IMG/VR virus record: IMGVR_UViG_3300015360_000024
Coordinates: 96,001 to 160,000 of that record
DNA length: 64,000 bases
Strand: one strand, 5' to 3'
Origin: a virus
In this document: piece by piece, positions 45,439 through 54,532 of the stretch
How positions within the stretch are numbered: the stretch's first letter is position 1
Layout of the letters: every line of letters begins with the position of its first letter
Made by a program: the position numbers and the translations under genes
Notes under the pieces: model-generated
Seen by the model: only the letters and a program-made list of their open reading frames with translations
Told to the model about the DNA's origin: nothing
Database searches by the model: none

Positions 45439-46349
45439 AGAAGATGTTTTTGATCGCCCTTGTTTGCTTCGTTGCTGGGTGTGAAGACACCGCAACGCCC
45501 AACCTCGTCTCAGTTGCTGAGGCCAGTATGACCACGTGTCAGACGTGTACGAATGTAACGCCGGCCCAGCCAGCAATCCTCGTGCATGGACGCAACGATA
45601 CGTCGGCTCGGTGGAATACCCTGGTAACTAACTGGGCAGCCAAGGGATACACCGAGAACACCAACCTGTTCCGGATCAACATGGCTGCATACTGCACGAG
45701 CAACTCGTTCTGCGCGATGTTGCCCGCCCCTGACGGAACGGGCGCGACGTACGTTAACGAGAGTTACGCCAACTGCCTAAAGCGGTACATCGACGAGAAG
45801 GTGCCATGTGTAACCGACGGCGCCGGTGGTGTTAACTGTCCCGCAGTTGATATCGTAACGCACAGTCAGGGCGGCGTGGTCGCGCGCTACTACACCCGCT
45901 TCCTCGCAGGCACGCGGCAGGTCAACGACCTTGTCGTGATGGCAGCGCCGATCGGCAACGGCATCACGAACTGCACGCTCGCAGGAGCATGTCCGGGCGT
46001 CAATCCAGAGGACTGTCCTGATAGCGCTTTCGCGCGCAAGCTCAACGGCGTTGCACCGCAAGGCGATGGGACAAACGACGAGACCCCGGGCGGACACGCA
46101 ACGGGGCCGATTCACTATTCGGCCACGCTGTCGACAGGAGACAAGACCGTCGTGCCGTGGTGTACGGCCTACTTCATCTCGAACCCGCAAACCCAACAGG
46201 GTGATGATCTGAGCTGCTCGGGTGCAGGCAACTACACGCTCGATCCCGACGCAGATAGCTGCAAGCTATCAAGCGTGATGCACCTGGTAATTCCAACGAA
46301 CACCACTGCGATCAACGATGCGTACTGCAAGTTGAACAATCCAGAGTGA
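45435..46349 (+). CDS. Lipoprotein alpha/beta-hydrolase (lipase class 2-like)
   Basis: Signal peptide with lipobox VAG-C16; ILVHG oxyanion motif; nucleophile elbow VDIVTHSQGG; GDKTVVP Asp and VMHL His candidates; Cys rich. Confidence 0.85.
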   Translation: MKKMFLIALVCFVAGCEDTATPNLVSVAEASMTTCQTCTNVTPAQPAILVHGRNDTSARWNTLVTNWAAKGYTENTNLFRINMAAYCTSNSFCAMLPAPDGTGATYVNESYANCLKRYIDEKVPCVTDGAGGVNCPAVDIVTHSQGGVVARYYTRFLAGTRQVNDLVVMAAPIGNGITNCTLAGACPGVNPEDCPDSAFARKLNGVAPQGDGTNDETPGGHATGPIHYSATLSTGDKTVVPWCTAYFISNPQTQQGDDLSCSGAGNYTLDPDADSCKLSSVMHLVIPTNTTAINDAYCKLNNPE

Positions 46350-46380
46350 TTCACGGCTACGATGTTCTGATGGCTGAGCG

Positions 46381-49044
46381 GTGATTCGAGTAACGATCAA
46401 AAATACAGGCAGCGTGCAGATCGTGCCTGGTGGGCATCCCGCGCTGCCTCCTCCGTTTCACCTGGTCGCATTGTGGCCGGGTGAAATGGAGGAGTCGATC
46501 TGCACTATGGAACAGGTGCAGGCTGAGTGGCCTCATAATTCAGGTTTTAAGGTGCTGGATCTGTTGAGGCAGCTGGTTCAGCAGAGTGTGATTCGAGTTG
46601 ACATTCGTCCATATCAGGAGAATTCTCCGGCGGTTCCTGCAATAGCACGGGCAAGCGAGATCCTGACGCCTCCGCCGCCGGCACCTCCTAAGCCAGAGAC
46701 CGTCGCTCAGGTGTTTAGAATGGCACCGCCCACCGTTGAAGATGACCCAGATGAAGACGAGGACGAGCCCATGAGCAACAAGGACGACCTGCCTGATTTC
46801 GTTGATCCGCTCTATAACGCGCCGACGACCAAGAAGGCTAAACCTGCGCCTGTTGAGGAGGTTGTGCCAGCAAGGCCCGCTCCCGTACAGAGTCCCACTG
46901 CAATCGACATCCCAGACCCAACTGTGGCTGCGTATCGTGGCAAGAAGAAGGAATCCAGGAAGGACGCCTTCGACTCTGCAGTGCAGATGGCGTTCGTGGG
47001 CGCTGGCCAGGGAGGCGGTCGGATTGCCCAGTCGTTCTACGACATGGGCTACAGGCGCGTCTGCGCGGTCAACACGACCCAGCAGGACTTGTCGTCGCTG
47101 ACTATCGCCGACCAGCTTGTTATCGGCAGGAACCGTGGCGGCGCCGGCAAGGACCCGGAACAGGGCAAGCTTGCTGCCAAGGAGTCGTACGAGGAGATCA
47201 TGGACCTCCTTAACCGCTCATGGGGTGAAGGCGTCGAGCAGATGTTCGTCTGCGTCGGAGCTGGTGGCGGAAGCGGTACTGGCAGCTGGCCGGTCCTCGT
47301 CAAGGCGATGCGCGAGTTTGGTGAGAGCACAAACATCGAGAAGCCCATCGAGAAGCACCTCGGCATCATCATGACGATGCCCAAGCGGTCCGAGGGCTCA
47401 CGGGTTCAGCAGAACGCGCTGACGGCACTCAAGCAGGCTGTCGAGCTGGTTGAGGAGAAGAAGATCAGCACGCTTGTCATTGTCGACAACGCGAAGATCC
47501 ACGACCTGTACCCCGGTCTGCCGGTGAAGCAGTTCTGGACGGTGGCCAATCAGAACTTTGCTGCCATCCTGCATACATTCAACATCCTCGCGGCCAAGGA
47601 TTCGCAGTACAACTGCGTTGACGCAGATACTGAAGCATTGACCAAACGCGGCTGGGTCAGAGGGTTTGATCTTGATCCACGAGACGTGCTTCTGACTAAG
47701 AATGCAGAGACCGGCGAACTTGAGTGGCAGGCTCTGACGGATCTCAAGCTCTGGCCAGATTACGAAGGGCCACTCGTAGAGTTGAAAAATAGAACGTTCA
47801 GTGCCGTGACGACGCCAGACCATCGCTGGTTAGTAACCGAGTCCTATGGTGGCGAAGACGTTTGCAAGCTGACCAGCGAGTTGTCGTTGACCGGCCACGA
47901 TCGTATTCATCGGTCTGGCACTTATCGTGGTCCAGATACCTCTATATGGACCGATGATTTCGTTGAGTTGATGGGGTGGTTTTTGACGGATGGAACTTGT
48001 ACCGTTACGCCTGAGTGCGAGGTCAAGAAGCAAAAGAACAGAACGTATGCAGGGCCTCGTGTAAGTGTTCAGATCTATCAAAGTGAGAGGGCTAACCCAG
48101 GGAAGGTTTCCCGTATAGATTCGCTATTACAGCGAATTGGGTGCCAGGCCCACAGGGGATTTTACGACAGAGATCAGCGTGTAACATGGCGACTTGACCG
48201 ATCTACGTCAGAGATTTTGAACGCTCTGTTCCCAGAGAAGGTTCTAACTCCTGAGGTTGCAGCCCAGCTGACAGCGTCACAGGCGAAGAGACTTCTTGAA
48301 TCTATGATGCTTGGAGACGGTAATCTTGCTGGGACTGATGAGCGACAGCAGGTATTTACTTCTGGCTCCGAAGCCGGGATTGAGGCATTTCAAATGCTCT
48401 GCACTTTATGTGGATTTGCCAGCACTTCGCGATGGCGTGATATGTCTGGATACACGCCTGTGTCTGACAAGATGCCAAACATTCCAAAGATGAGCGGCGT
48501 TTGGGCTTCGACCATTCTTCGGAGGCCGACCGTACAGCTTCAGAAGGAACATAAGAGAGAGTTCAACGCAAAACAGGGCGTCTGGTGCCCTGTTGTTCCC
48601 AATACGTACTTCGTGGCACGCCGTGAAGGAACGGTTTACGTTACTGGCAACACGTTCGACCGGGCTGACTATCGGTCGGTGCTCCGCAACGGCATTATGA
48701 TCTTCGGCATGACACGAGTCGAGGAGTGGGTGAACAAGGAAGACGTCTCGGTGGCCATCCGCCAGAACCTCGCCGGGTCACTTCTGGCTGATGGGTTCGA
48801 TCTCAGCAAGGCGAACATGGCTGGCGCAATCGTCGTGGCTCACGACAATGTGCTTGAAGAGGTGCCAATGGAGAACATCGACTACGCCTTCCATAGCCTC
48901 GGACGCGCGCTTGGCAACGATGGGATCACGCTCCACAGCGGCATCTACGAATGGAACAAGCCGGGCATGATGGTTTTCACAATCGTCTCCGGCCTTCAGC
49001 CGCCGCAGTCGAGATTTGACGAGCTGGAGAAGCTCTCAACCTGA
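46381..49044 (+). CDS. Tubulin/FtsZ-superfamily GTPase (TubZ/CetZ-like) with an N-terminal extension and an intein
   Basis: AFVGAGQGGGRIA (T1), AVNTTQQDL, GGAGKDPEQG (T3), GAGGGSGTG (T4 signature), VDNAK, ANQ; the spliced T7 loop reads YN/TFDRAD. Confidence 0.9.
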   Translation: MIRVTIKNTGSVQIVPGGHPALPPPFHLVALWPGEMEESICTMEQVQAEWPHNSGFKVLDLLRQLVQQSVIRVDIRPYQENSPAVPAIARASEILTPPPPAPPKPETVAQVFRMAPPTVEDDPDEDEDEPMSNKDDLPDFVDPLYNAPTTKKAKPAPVEEVVPARPAPVQSPTAIDIPDPTVAAYRGKKKESRKDAFDSAVQMAFVGAGQGGGRIAQSFYDMGYRRVCAVNTTQQDLSSLTIADQLVIGRNRGGAGKDPEQGKLAAKESYEEIMDLLNRSWGEGVEQMFVCVGAGGGSGTGSWPVLVKAMREFGESTNIEKPIEKHLGIIMTMPKRSEGSRVQQNALTALKQAVELVEEKKISTLVIVDNAKIHDLYPGLPVKQFWTVANQNFAAILHTFNILAAKDSQYNCVDADTEALTKRGWVRGFDLDPRDVLLTKNAETGELEWQALTDLKLWPDYEGPLVELKNRTFSAVTTPDHRWLVTESYGGEDVCKLTSELSLTGHDRIHRSGTYRGPDTSIWTDDFVELMGWFLTDGTCTVTPECEVKKQKNRTYAGPRVSVQIYQSERANPGKVSRIDSLLQRIGCQAHRGFYDRDQRVTWRLDRSTSEILNALFPEKVLTPEVAAQLTASQAKRLLESMMLGDGNLAGTDERQQVFTSGSEAGIEAFQMLCTLCGFASTSRWRDMSGYTPVSDKMPNIPKMSGVWASTILRRPTVQLQKEHKREFNAKQGVWCPVVPNTYFVARREGTVYVTGNTFDRADYRSVLRNGIMIFGMTRVEEWVNKEDVSVAIRQNLAGSLLADGFDLSKANMAGAIVVAHDNVLEEVPMENIDYAFHSLGRALGNDGITLHSGIYEWNKPGMMVFTIVSGLQPPQSRFDELEKLST
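47614..48651 (+). mobile_element. Intein (346 aa) with a LAGLIDADG homing endonuclease domain
   Basis: Block A CVDADTEALTKRGW; block B TPDHRW; LMGWFLTDG and LLESMMLGDG; block F/G VWCPVVPNTYFVARREGTVYVTGN followed by Thr at +1. Confidence 0.93.
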
Positions 49045-49048
49045 AGCT

Positions 49049-49276
49049 ATGCCGAAGCCATGGATCGAGAAGCTGTCCGGCCCGGTCAATGGCGTCAATC
49101 TAACCTTCGAGACGCCGCAGAATTTCGTTCCAGGCAGCGTGAAGGTATTCGTGAACGGGATCGTTCTCGTGGCGGACATGGATGACGGTTGGACAGAGCT
49201 TGGGACCAAGAAGGTGGTCATGAAGATCGCGCCGATTCCAGGCGACGTGCTTCAGGCTTACTATCTGACGGTTTAG
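49049..49276 (+). CDS. Small beta-sandwich virion protein, paralog of ORF 49337
   Basis: SGPVNGVNLTF...GSVKVFVNG...DDGWTE...KIAP vs SGTVDGSNTVF...GTTAVFRNG...DDGWLE...KIAP. Confidence 0.7.
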   Translation: MPKPWIEKLSGPVNGVNLTFETPQNFVPGSVKVFVNGIVLVADMDDGWTELGTKKVVMKIAPIPGDVLQAYYLTV

Positions 49277-49336
49277 TCGGATCTTACCTCCAGTTGCACA
49301 TATCGATCCGGTTAGGGTAGAAGTGTACCTGGGCGC

Positions 49337-49798
49337 ATGCCGAGTCCAAGATTTGAAGTTCCGTCCGGAACTGTGGATGGTTCCAACACAGTCTTCACTG
49401 TGTCGATGCCGTATTCGGCTGGAACTACTGCCGTTTTCAGAAACGGTTTGCTCCAAGAGAAGAGCCTGGACGATGGCTGGCTTGAGACGAGTCCAAACCT
49501 AGGCATTGTGACGTTAAAGATCGCGCCGAGTGCCTTTGGATACCCAGATGTCATTCAGATCTTCTTCCTGGACCAGTCACCATCTCCTGCTCCGCTTCCA
49601 GAGTCACTGGTCTTCAAGCTCAAGGGCATCATCCGAGCGCAGCCATCCATGAGGGGCTCGCTGGATATCCAGCAACGGATGACTGCTCACATGGAAGCCA
49701 ACAAGCCGCTCGTAGGACATCTGGAGGAACGCAAGGACTTGCGCGGCTCCATCAAGGCGCAGCCGAAAATGAAGGCCTTCATCAAGGAGTGTGTCTAG
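49337..49798 (+). CDS. Small beta-sandwich virion protein with a C-terminal extension
   Basis: Paralog of ORF 49049. Confidence 0.7.
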   Translation: MPSPRFEVPSGTVDGSNTVFTVSMPYSAGTTAVFRNGLLQEKSLDDGWLETSPNLGIVTLKIAPSAFGYPDVIQIFFLDQSPSPAPLPESLVFKLKGIIRAQPSMRGSLDIQQRMTAHMEANKPLVGHLEERKDLRGSIKAQPKMKAFIKECV

Positions 49799-50629
49799 GT
49801 GCCTGCAGTCTCCCAGGAAGAGGCTGTGCGTTTTCGCCTGATGTACGACGCTCGTATGTCGATGAAGCAGATCAGCGAACAAACCGGGCGTGGTCTGGAA
49901 ACCATCTGGCGTCACCTCAGGGCGTCTGGAGCGACTCGAACGCTGGAAGCTGGTTGGGCGATGGCGATGGATGAAGGTCGCGTCCCGGCCCCTCCGGTGA
50001 ACCGTAGACATACATTCGACCAGCGCTTTTTCGAGGTCGTAGACTCCTCGGAGAAGGCGTGGGTTCTCGGGTTGATGTTCGGCGACGGTAACGTTCGTTC
50101 TAGTGGCCGTGTGTTGCTGGCGTGTGGCAAGGACAAGGATGTCGCTCGCAAGGTCGCGGATCTGTTTTCTTACAGCGGTCCGCTGGTCTTTAAGTCGAGC
50201 TGTTGGATGCTGGAGGTTGGCTCTGTTGCGATGGTAAGGGATCTTGCCGCACTTGGTGTGGTTCCAGCTAAGACGTATACGATGAAGTTCCCATCGCTAC
50301 CTGACGGTCTGTTGCCGCATTTCGTGCGCGGCCTCTGGGAGAGCGACGGAACCATGTCGCGCTTGAAGACTGGCGGCCTGTATATGAAATATGTCAGCGC
50401 CAGCAGATGCTTTGTGGTTTCACTGCGCGACTTGCTTATCGACACGGTTAATGTGGTGGCCAAGGTTCAAGACCCGAGAGGACTTGATAGGCGTGGCGTT
50501 CCAGATCGCACATCTGTCATATCGTATGGCTCATCAAGTGCTGAGCGGTTGAGCGAGTGGGTGTACGGTTCATCTACTAAGCAGATGCGTTGTGATAGAA
50601 AATGGCACATTCATCGAGGTGATGTATGA
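49799..50629 (+). CDS. Free-standing LAGLIDADG homing endonuclease with an N-terminal HTH
   Basis: EKAWVLGLMFGDGNV and LPHFVRGLWESDG motifs; MSMKQISEQTGRGLETIWRHL HTH. Confidence 0.9.
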   Translation: MPAVSQEEAVRFRLMYDARMSMKQISEQTGRGLETIWRHLRASGATRTLEAGWAMAMDEGRVPAPPVNRRHTFDQRFFEVVDSSEKAWVLGLMFGDGNVRSSGRVLLACGKDKDVARKVADLFSYSGPLVFKSSCWMLEVGSVAMVRDLAALGVVPAKTYTMKFPSLPDGLLPHFVRGLWESDGTMSRLKTGGLYMKYVSASRCFVVSLRDLLIDTVNVVAKVQDPRGLDRRGVPDRTSVISYGSSSAERLSEWVYGSSTKQMRCDRKWHIHRGDV

Positions 50630-53600
50630 GCCCGGGCTTTGGCGAAGGACCGTTTGGCAGTGGCTCATTCGGAGAGTGGCCGTGGTCGCTGTTCACGCTC
50701 ATTGGCGGCATCCCGGCCGTGTACAGGGAGCAGGACGATCTCGCTGGCGCTGGGACTCTAAGGGCCCTTCTTGAGGGTCTGGTTCCTTCGCTGGATGGAC
50801 TTAGACAGAAGATCCGTGACTACGACGATCTTCGTGACCCACTACGCGCTCCGATTGATACGGACTTCTCGGTCTCTCTGCTCATCATTAGGACCGATAA
50901 TCAGGGCGACGGCACATCGATCGTGTTCTTGAGCGAGGGCCCCGACGGCGATAAATTCAAGGGAATCCGGCCAGGAATGGTGCTGATCGACCTGACTGGG
51001 TTCAGGTTCACGATCAGTAAGGTGAACAGCTCTGCGCTTCCGGTGGACGTGGACGATCCTCCGATCGACCCAGAGACCGGAGAGCTGACAGGTCGCCACA
51101 TAGTCGTCGACAACATCGGTCAGTCCAGCACGGAGTTGGTCCCATTCTCATCGTCGGTACTCATCACGAACGAGAATCCAGCCCCAGTCGGGGCTACTGG
51201 AACGATTCAGGCTGTTGCGTTTGCGTCACTGATCGATGGTCAAACCTTTACGCTTAACGACGCTGTTCATCCAGTGGTCGTCTTCGAGTTCGATACGGTC
51301 CCGGATGGCGTAACTCCTGGTCGGATTGCGGTCGACGTCAGTGGATTAACAACAGACGTTGAAGTTGCCAATGCGATGGTTGAGGCCATCAATGCCGCGC
51401 CTAATCTAAATCTAACCGCGTCCAACGGCGGCGGCACCCTGTCACTGGTGACGATTGTCAATTTTGGCGCTGGCCTCAAGGGTAACTCGCCCACGACAAC
51501 ATGGTCAGAGACCGTTATTGACGCAGGGTTTGTTATTGCGCAGCCGAGTGGTGGTTCGGCTGGAGCGTTCCCACTGGATACCATCGTGTTGGGCTACGCA
51601 GGGCATGACGACGGCGTTTCGCTTCCGCCGTACGTGTTCAACACGGTTGGTTCGTACGTTGGCGGGCTCGATATCGCCCCGAATAGGGTGACGATTACCT
51701 GGAACGAAAGCGGCATTCTAAAGACTGGGTTCTTCACTGGAGAAGGACTTCCTGGTGGAGATCTCGCAGATACGAGCACGCTTAATCGGTCGTCGTCCGG
51801 TCCTGCCCTCGCAGCTGGTCAGATCAAGCTCTATAACGATAGCGGAGCCGTGATCGACGCCGATTCGATCAATATTACCTACACCAAGATTCCGTTCATC
51901 CAGGCTGAGGATTCTGAGATTCGGGCGCAGAATATCCTCGCGTTCCTGTCCGGCGATTACGGCATCAAGCTTGATCGCAACGACCCGGAGTTCCTCCAGA
52001 GGTCGTACGTCAATAACTCGTTCAAGATTTGGGACATCAAGGGAACCGAACTTGGTTATGACGTGCTCGGTCAGTACGCCGGTTATTTTGTTAGCGCGAA
52101 GCCGCTGTATGCGATTAGTGCGGCGGTCGCAGCGAGCTTGCCTCCTGAATACGTATTTGAGTTCCCCGAAGGGGATCCGTCGGTCGGTAGTATCGTTGCC
52201 ATCGCGCCAGGTGACATTGTAGAAGGCGAGACGTTTACGCTGGATGACGGCGTGAGCGCACCCGTGACGTTCGAGTTTGACGTTCCGCCCGATGGCGTTT
52301 TTGGCGCCAATATCGTTGTCGATATCAGCGCGGCAGTTACAGCCTTGGATGTCGCAAATGCAATGGTGGCGGCGATTAATGGAGCCGTTGGCCTTGATCT
52401 GACTGCGACGAATGGCGGCAGCACGCTGACCACGGTGACGATCACGAACGCCGAGAACGGCGCGTTCGGCAACGTCACGACGTGGACGGATTCGGTTGCC
52501 GATGTCGGTTTCGTTATTGCGCAACCAGTTGGCGGCGTGGACAGCGATCTATTCACGACGATCAATCCTGGTCGTGGCCTCTTTGACGAGATCGCCATGG
52601 ATGCGATTCCACTCGACCTACTCTGCTCAGACGTCACATACCCTCAAACCGTGCAAGTTGTTACCGCGACGACCGTCGAGCAACTTCAGCTGGAAGGCAG
52701 CAACAAGCGCTCGCGCGTCACCGTCACGACGGCCGCCATGTATCAGTCGTTCGCCACGGATGGCGTGTTCACGGATTTCAATGGACAGAATTTTGACGTT
52801 CTAAGCTACGAGCGGATCAACGCGACTACCTACACGTTCGAGGTGTCGGCGTTCTTGCTTCCAGTCGTTGGCGTCGGCTCGATGACGTGGAACGTGTTCG
52901 CGTTCACTGCGCCAAACACGGTGACGATTGTCGGTCTCGGAACTGATGTTGTTGATCTCGGCGTTCAGTATGTTGGGTATACCGGGCGCAGGTATCGGAT
53001 CACGAAGACATTTATAGATCCGGTGCTCGCTGGCGTCGGCAACTGGACGTTCATTGATAGTGATGGAGTAGCTTCGTACATCGAGTCATTCGAGTTGGTG
53101 ACGGGGACGACGTACCAGTTTGAGATCATCAGCGCGACAGCTCCGGCAACCGGCCCAGCGAATATTTTTTATCACTGCGAGATTGTTACGTCGTGCGACT
53201 TCTGTAGGGCTAGTTCAATTCTGATCAAGATCAGCCCGAGCGCCATTCTTAGCTTCCCCGAAGCTCTAGAGGGCGACGCCCTGAGCCGTCTTGTGATCAG
53301 ACTCCAGCAGATGATCCCTGGTCATGTCAGGATCGCGGCGTTTATTTACGATCCTGGTCCTGCGGTTGCCTCATGGGGGCCGATCGTCGCGTCCGTGACT
53401 GACAGCGTCGTTGAGAGTAGCTCTGAGGATGCGCTATACACGGCTGTCTACGACGAGGATGAGTATCCCGCCGACGAACTTCCAACGGACGGAGCCCCGA
53501 TTACAGCCTCTTCTGAGGTCACCATCACGAACGAGAACGTGTTGGAGGAGTACCTTGTTGAGGAGGATCCGCTTATTGCTGGAACATGGCTAGCCGGCGG

Positions 53601-54063
53601 CCAGTGGCAGGTTACGGAGTATCGCTCGTCGACTTCGTTCCGCTCGTTCAACTACGGCGCCGATGACGTCGGGATGGTCACTCCTCCAAACTATGACAAT
53701 GGAGCGATCTCCACGGGCACCCTGACATCTCCGACGGTCAATATTCCGGCTGCGACCACTGTACTTCTGAAGTTTAGGCACTTTGGACAGATGCGGGCAG
53801 GCGGCGCGAACGACGTTGTGAGCGTCCTCGTCGTTGACGAGACTGGTCCGTCGACGGTTCAGACGATTACAAAGACAGATCTCGGCCTGTTTGGATCTGG
53901 TACCAACGGCGGATTCACGTCATTCAGCGTTCCGATCGGCCCTGCTGTCATCGGAAACGGCAACTTCCACTTAGAATTCGTCTTTAATTCGGTTACAACC
54001 ACGCTGGGTCAGCTGGGCGAAGGCTGGTACATCGATGACGTCGAGATCCAGGTCATCCCGTAG
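50626..54063 (+). CDS. Baseplate wedge/tail protein (P2 gpI / T4 gp7-like) with multiple inserted domains
   Basis: PAVYREQD...LRALLEG; LAFLSGDYGI.LD...IWDIKGTELG; LQQMIPGHV; C-terminal LTSPTVN...LKFRH...GWYIDDVEI beta-sandwich. Confidence 0.75.
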   Translation: MSPGFGEGPFGSGSFGEWPWSLFTLIGGIPAVYREQDDLAGAGTLRALLEGLVPSLDGLRQKIRDYDDLRDPLRAPIDTDFSVSLLIIRTDNQGDGTSIVFLSEGPDGDKFKGIRPGMVLIDLTGFRFTISKVNSSALPVDVDDPPIDPETGELTGRHIVVDNIGQSSTELVPFSSSVLITNENPAPVGATGTIQAVAFASLIDGQTFTLNDAVHPVVVFEFDTVPDGVTPGRIAVDVSGLTTDVEVANAMVEAINAAPNLNLTASNGGGTLSLVTIVNFGAGLKGNSPTTTWSETVIDAGFVIAQPSGGSAGAFPLDTIVLGYAGHDDGVSLPPYVFNTVGSYVGGLDIAPNRVTITWNESGILKTGFFTGEGLPGGDLADTSTLNRSSSGPALAAGQIKLYNDSGAVIDADSINITYTKIPFIQAEDSEIRAQNILAFLSGDYGIKLDRNDPEFLQRSYVNNSFKIWDIKGTELGYDVLGQYAGYFVSAKPLYAISAAVAASLPPEYVFEFPEGDPSVGSIVAIAPGDIVEGETFTLDDGVSAPVTFEFDVPPDGVFGANIVVDISAAVTALDVANAMVAAINGAVGLDLTATNGGSTLTTVTITNAENGAFGNVTTWTDSVADVGFVIAQPVGGVDSDLFTTINPGRGLFDEIAMDAIPLDLLCSDVTYPQTVQVVTATTVEQLQLEGSNKRSRVTVTTAAMYQSFATDGVFTDFNGQNFDVLSYERINATTYTFEVSAFLLPVVGVGSMTWNVFAFTAPNTVTIVGLGTDVVDLGVQYVGYTGRRYRITKTFIDPVLAGVGNWTFIDSDGVASYIESFELVTGTTYQFEIISATAPATGPANIFYHCEIVTSCDFCRASSILIKISPSAILSFPEALEGDALSRLVIRLQQMIPGHVRIAAFIYDPGPAVASWGPIVASVTDSVVESSSEDALYTAVYDEDEYPADELPTDGAPITASSEVTITNENVLEEYLVEEDPLIAGTWLAGGQWQVTEYRSSTSFRSFNYGADDVGMVTPPNYDNGAISTGTLTSPTVNIPAATTVLLKFRHFGQMRAGGANDVVSVLVVDETGPSTVQTITKTDLGLFGSGTNGGFTSFSVPIGPAVIGNGNFHLEFVFNSVTTTLGQLGEGWYIDDVEIQVIP

Positions 54064-54072
54064 GAGAATGCA

Positions 54073-54528
54073 ATGCCTCAGGTCGTATCAGCAGTAGTCA
54101 CCACCGCATGGCGGACGAAGCTTGCCCGGATCTACGCCGGCCTGGACGCGTTCTCGTTGCCGCTGTCGTTTCAGATTGGTGAGGGCGGCTGGACTAATCC
54201 AGGCGGCGGCAAGGAGCCGATTCCTCCAAGCATTGCGCTGACAGCGCTGACGGCTTCTGGGTACCCGTCTGGCAGTCAGTACATCTTCACGAAGGCCCTG
54301 ACCGGCGGAGATCTGACGTTTACCTCTCCAACGCGGCTTGAGATCAGATGTTTCGTTGCATCTTCCGAGGCGAACGACGACGGGTTCGGTGCCCCGCCCG
54401 AGTTCTTTGAGCTTGGAATCTTCAGCCAACCAGCAGGCGGTGGGACCTTGCTCGTCTACTCAACGTTTCCGATCGAGATCAAGACGTCCAGCAAGGCCCT
54501 TGAGCACGTAATCTTCGTGGACTTCTAA
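54073..54528 (+). CDS. Tail-collar/fibre attachment protein (DUF3751-like)
   Basis: VTTAWRTKLA...FQIGEGG...ELGIF...LLVYSTFP..IKT. Confidence 0.7.
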   Translation: MPQVVSAVVTTAWRTKLARIYAGLDAFSLPLSFQIGEGGWTNPGGGKEPIPPSIALTALTASGYPSGSQYIFTKALTGGDLTFTSPTRLEIRCFVASSEANDDGFGAPPEFFELGIFSQPAGGGTLLVYSTFPIEIKTSSKALEHVIFVDF

Positions 54529-54532
54529 GCAC

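Noticed and set aside
46381-49044. Tubulin as evidence of a nucleus-forming (Chimalliviridae) phage
   Set aside because: The head genes are T4-like, the T1 motif is not PhuZ-like and no chimallin is visible in this window; the claim cannot be supported.
25898-49801. In-frame stop/start abutments (TAG/GTG at 25898 and 49796, TGA/GTG at 32389) suggesting stop-codon reassignment
   Set aside because: Each downstream gene has its own SD (AAGGAG) and many conserved genes end cleanly at TAG, TGA or TAA, so the standard code fits. Only the 44753 TAG remains anomalous.
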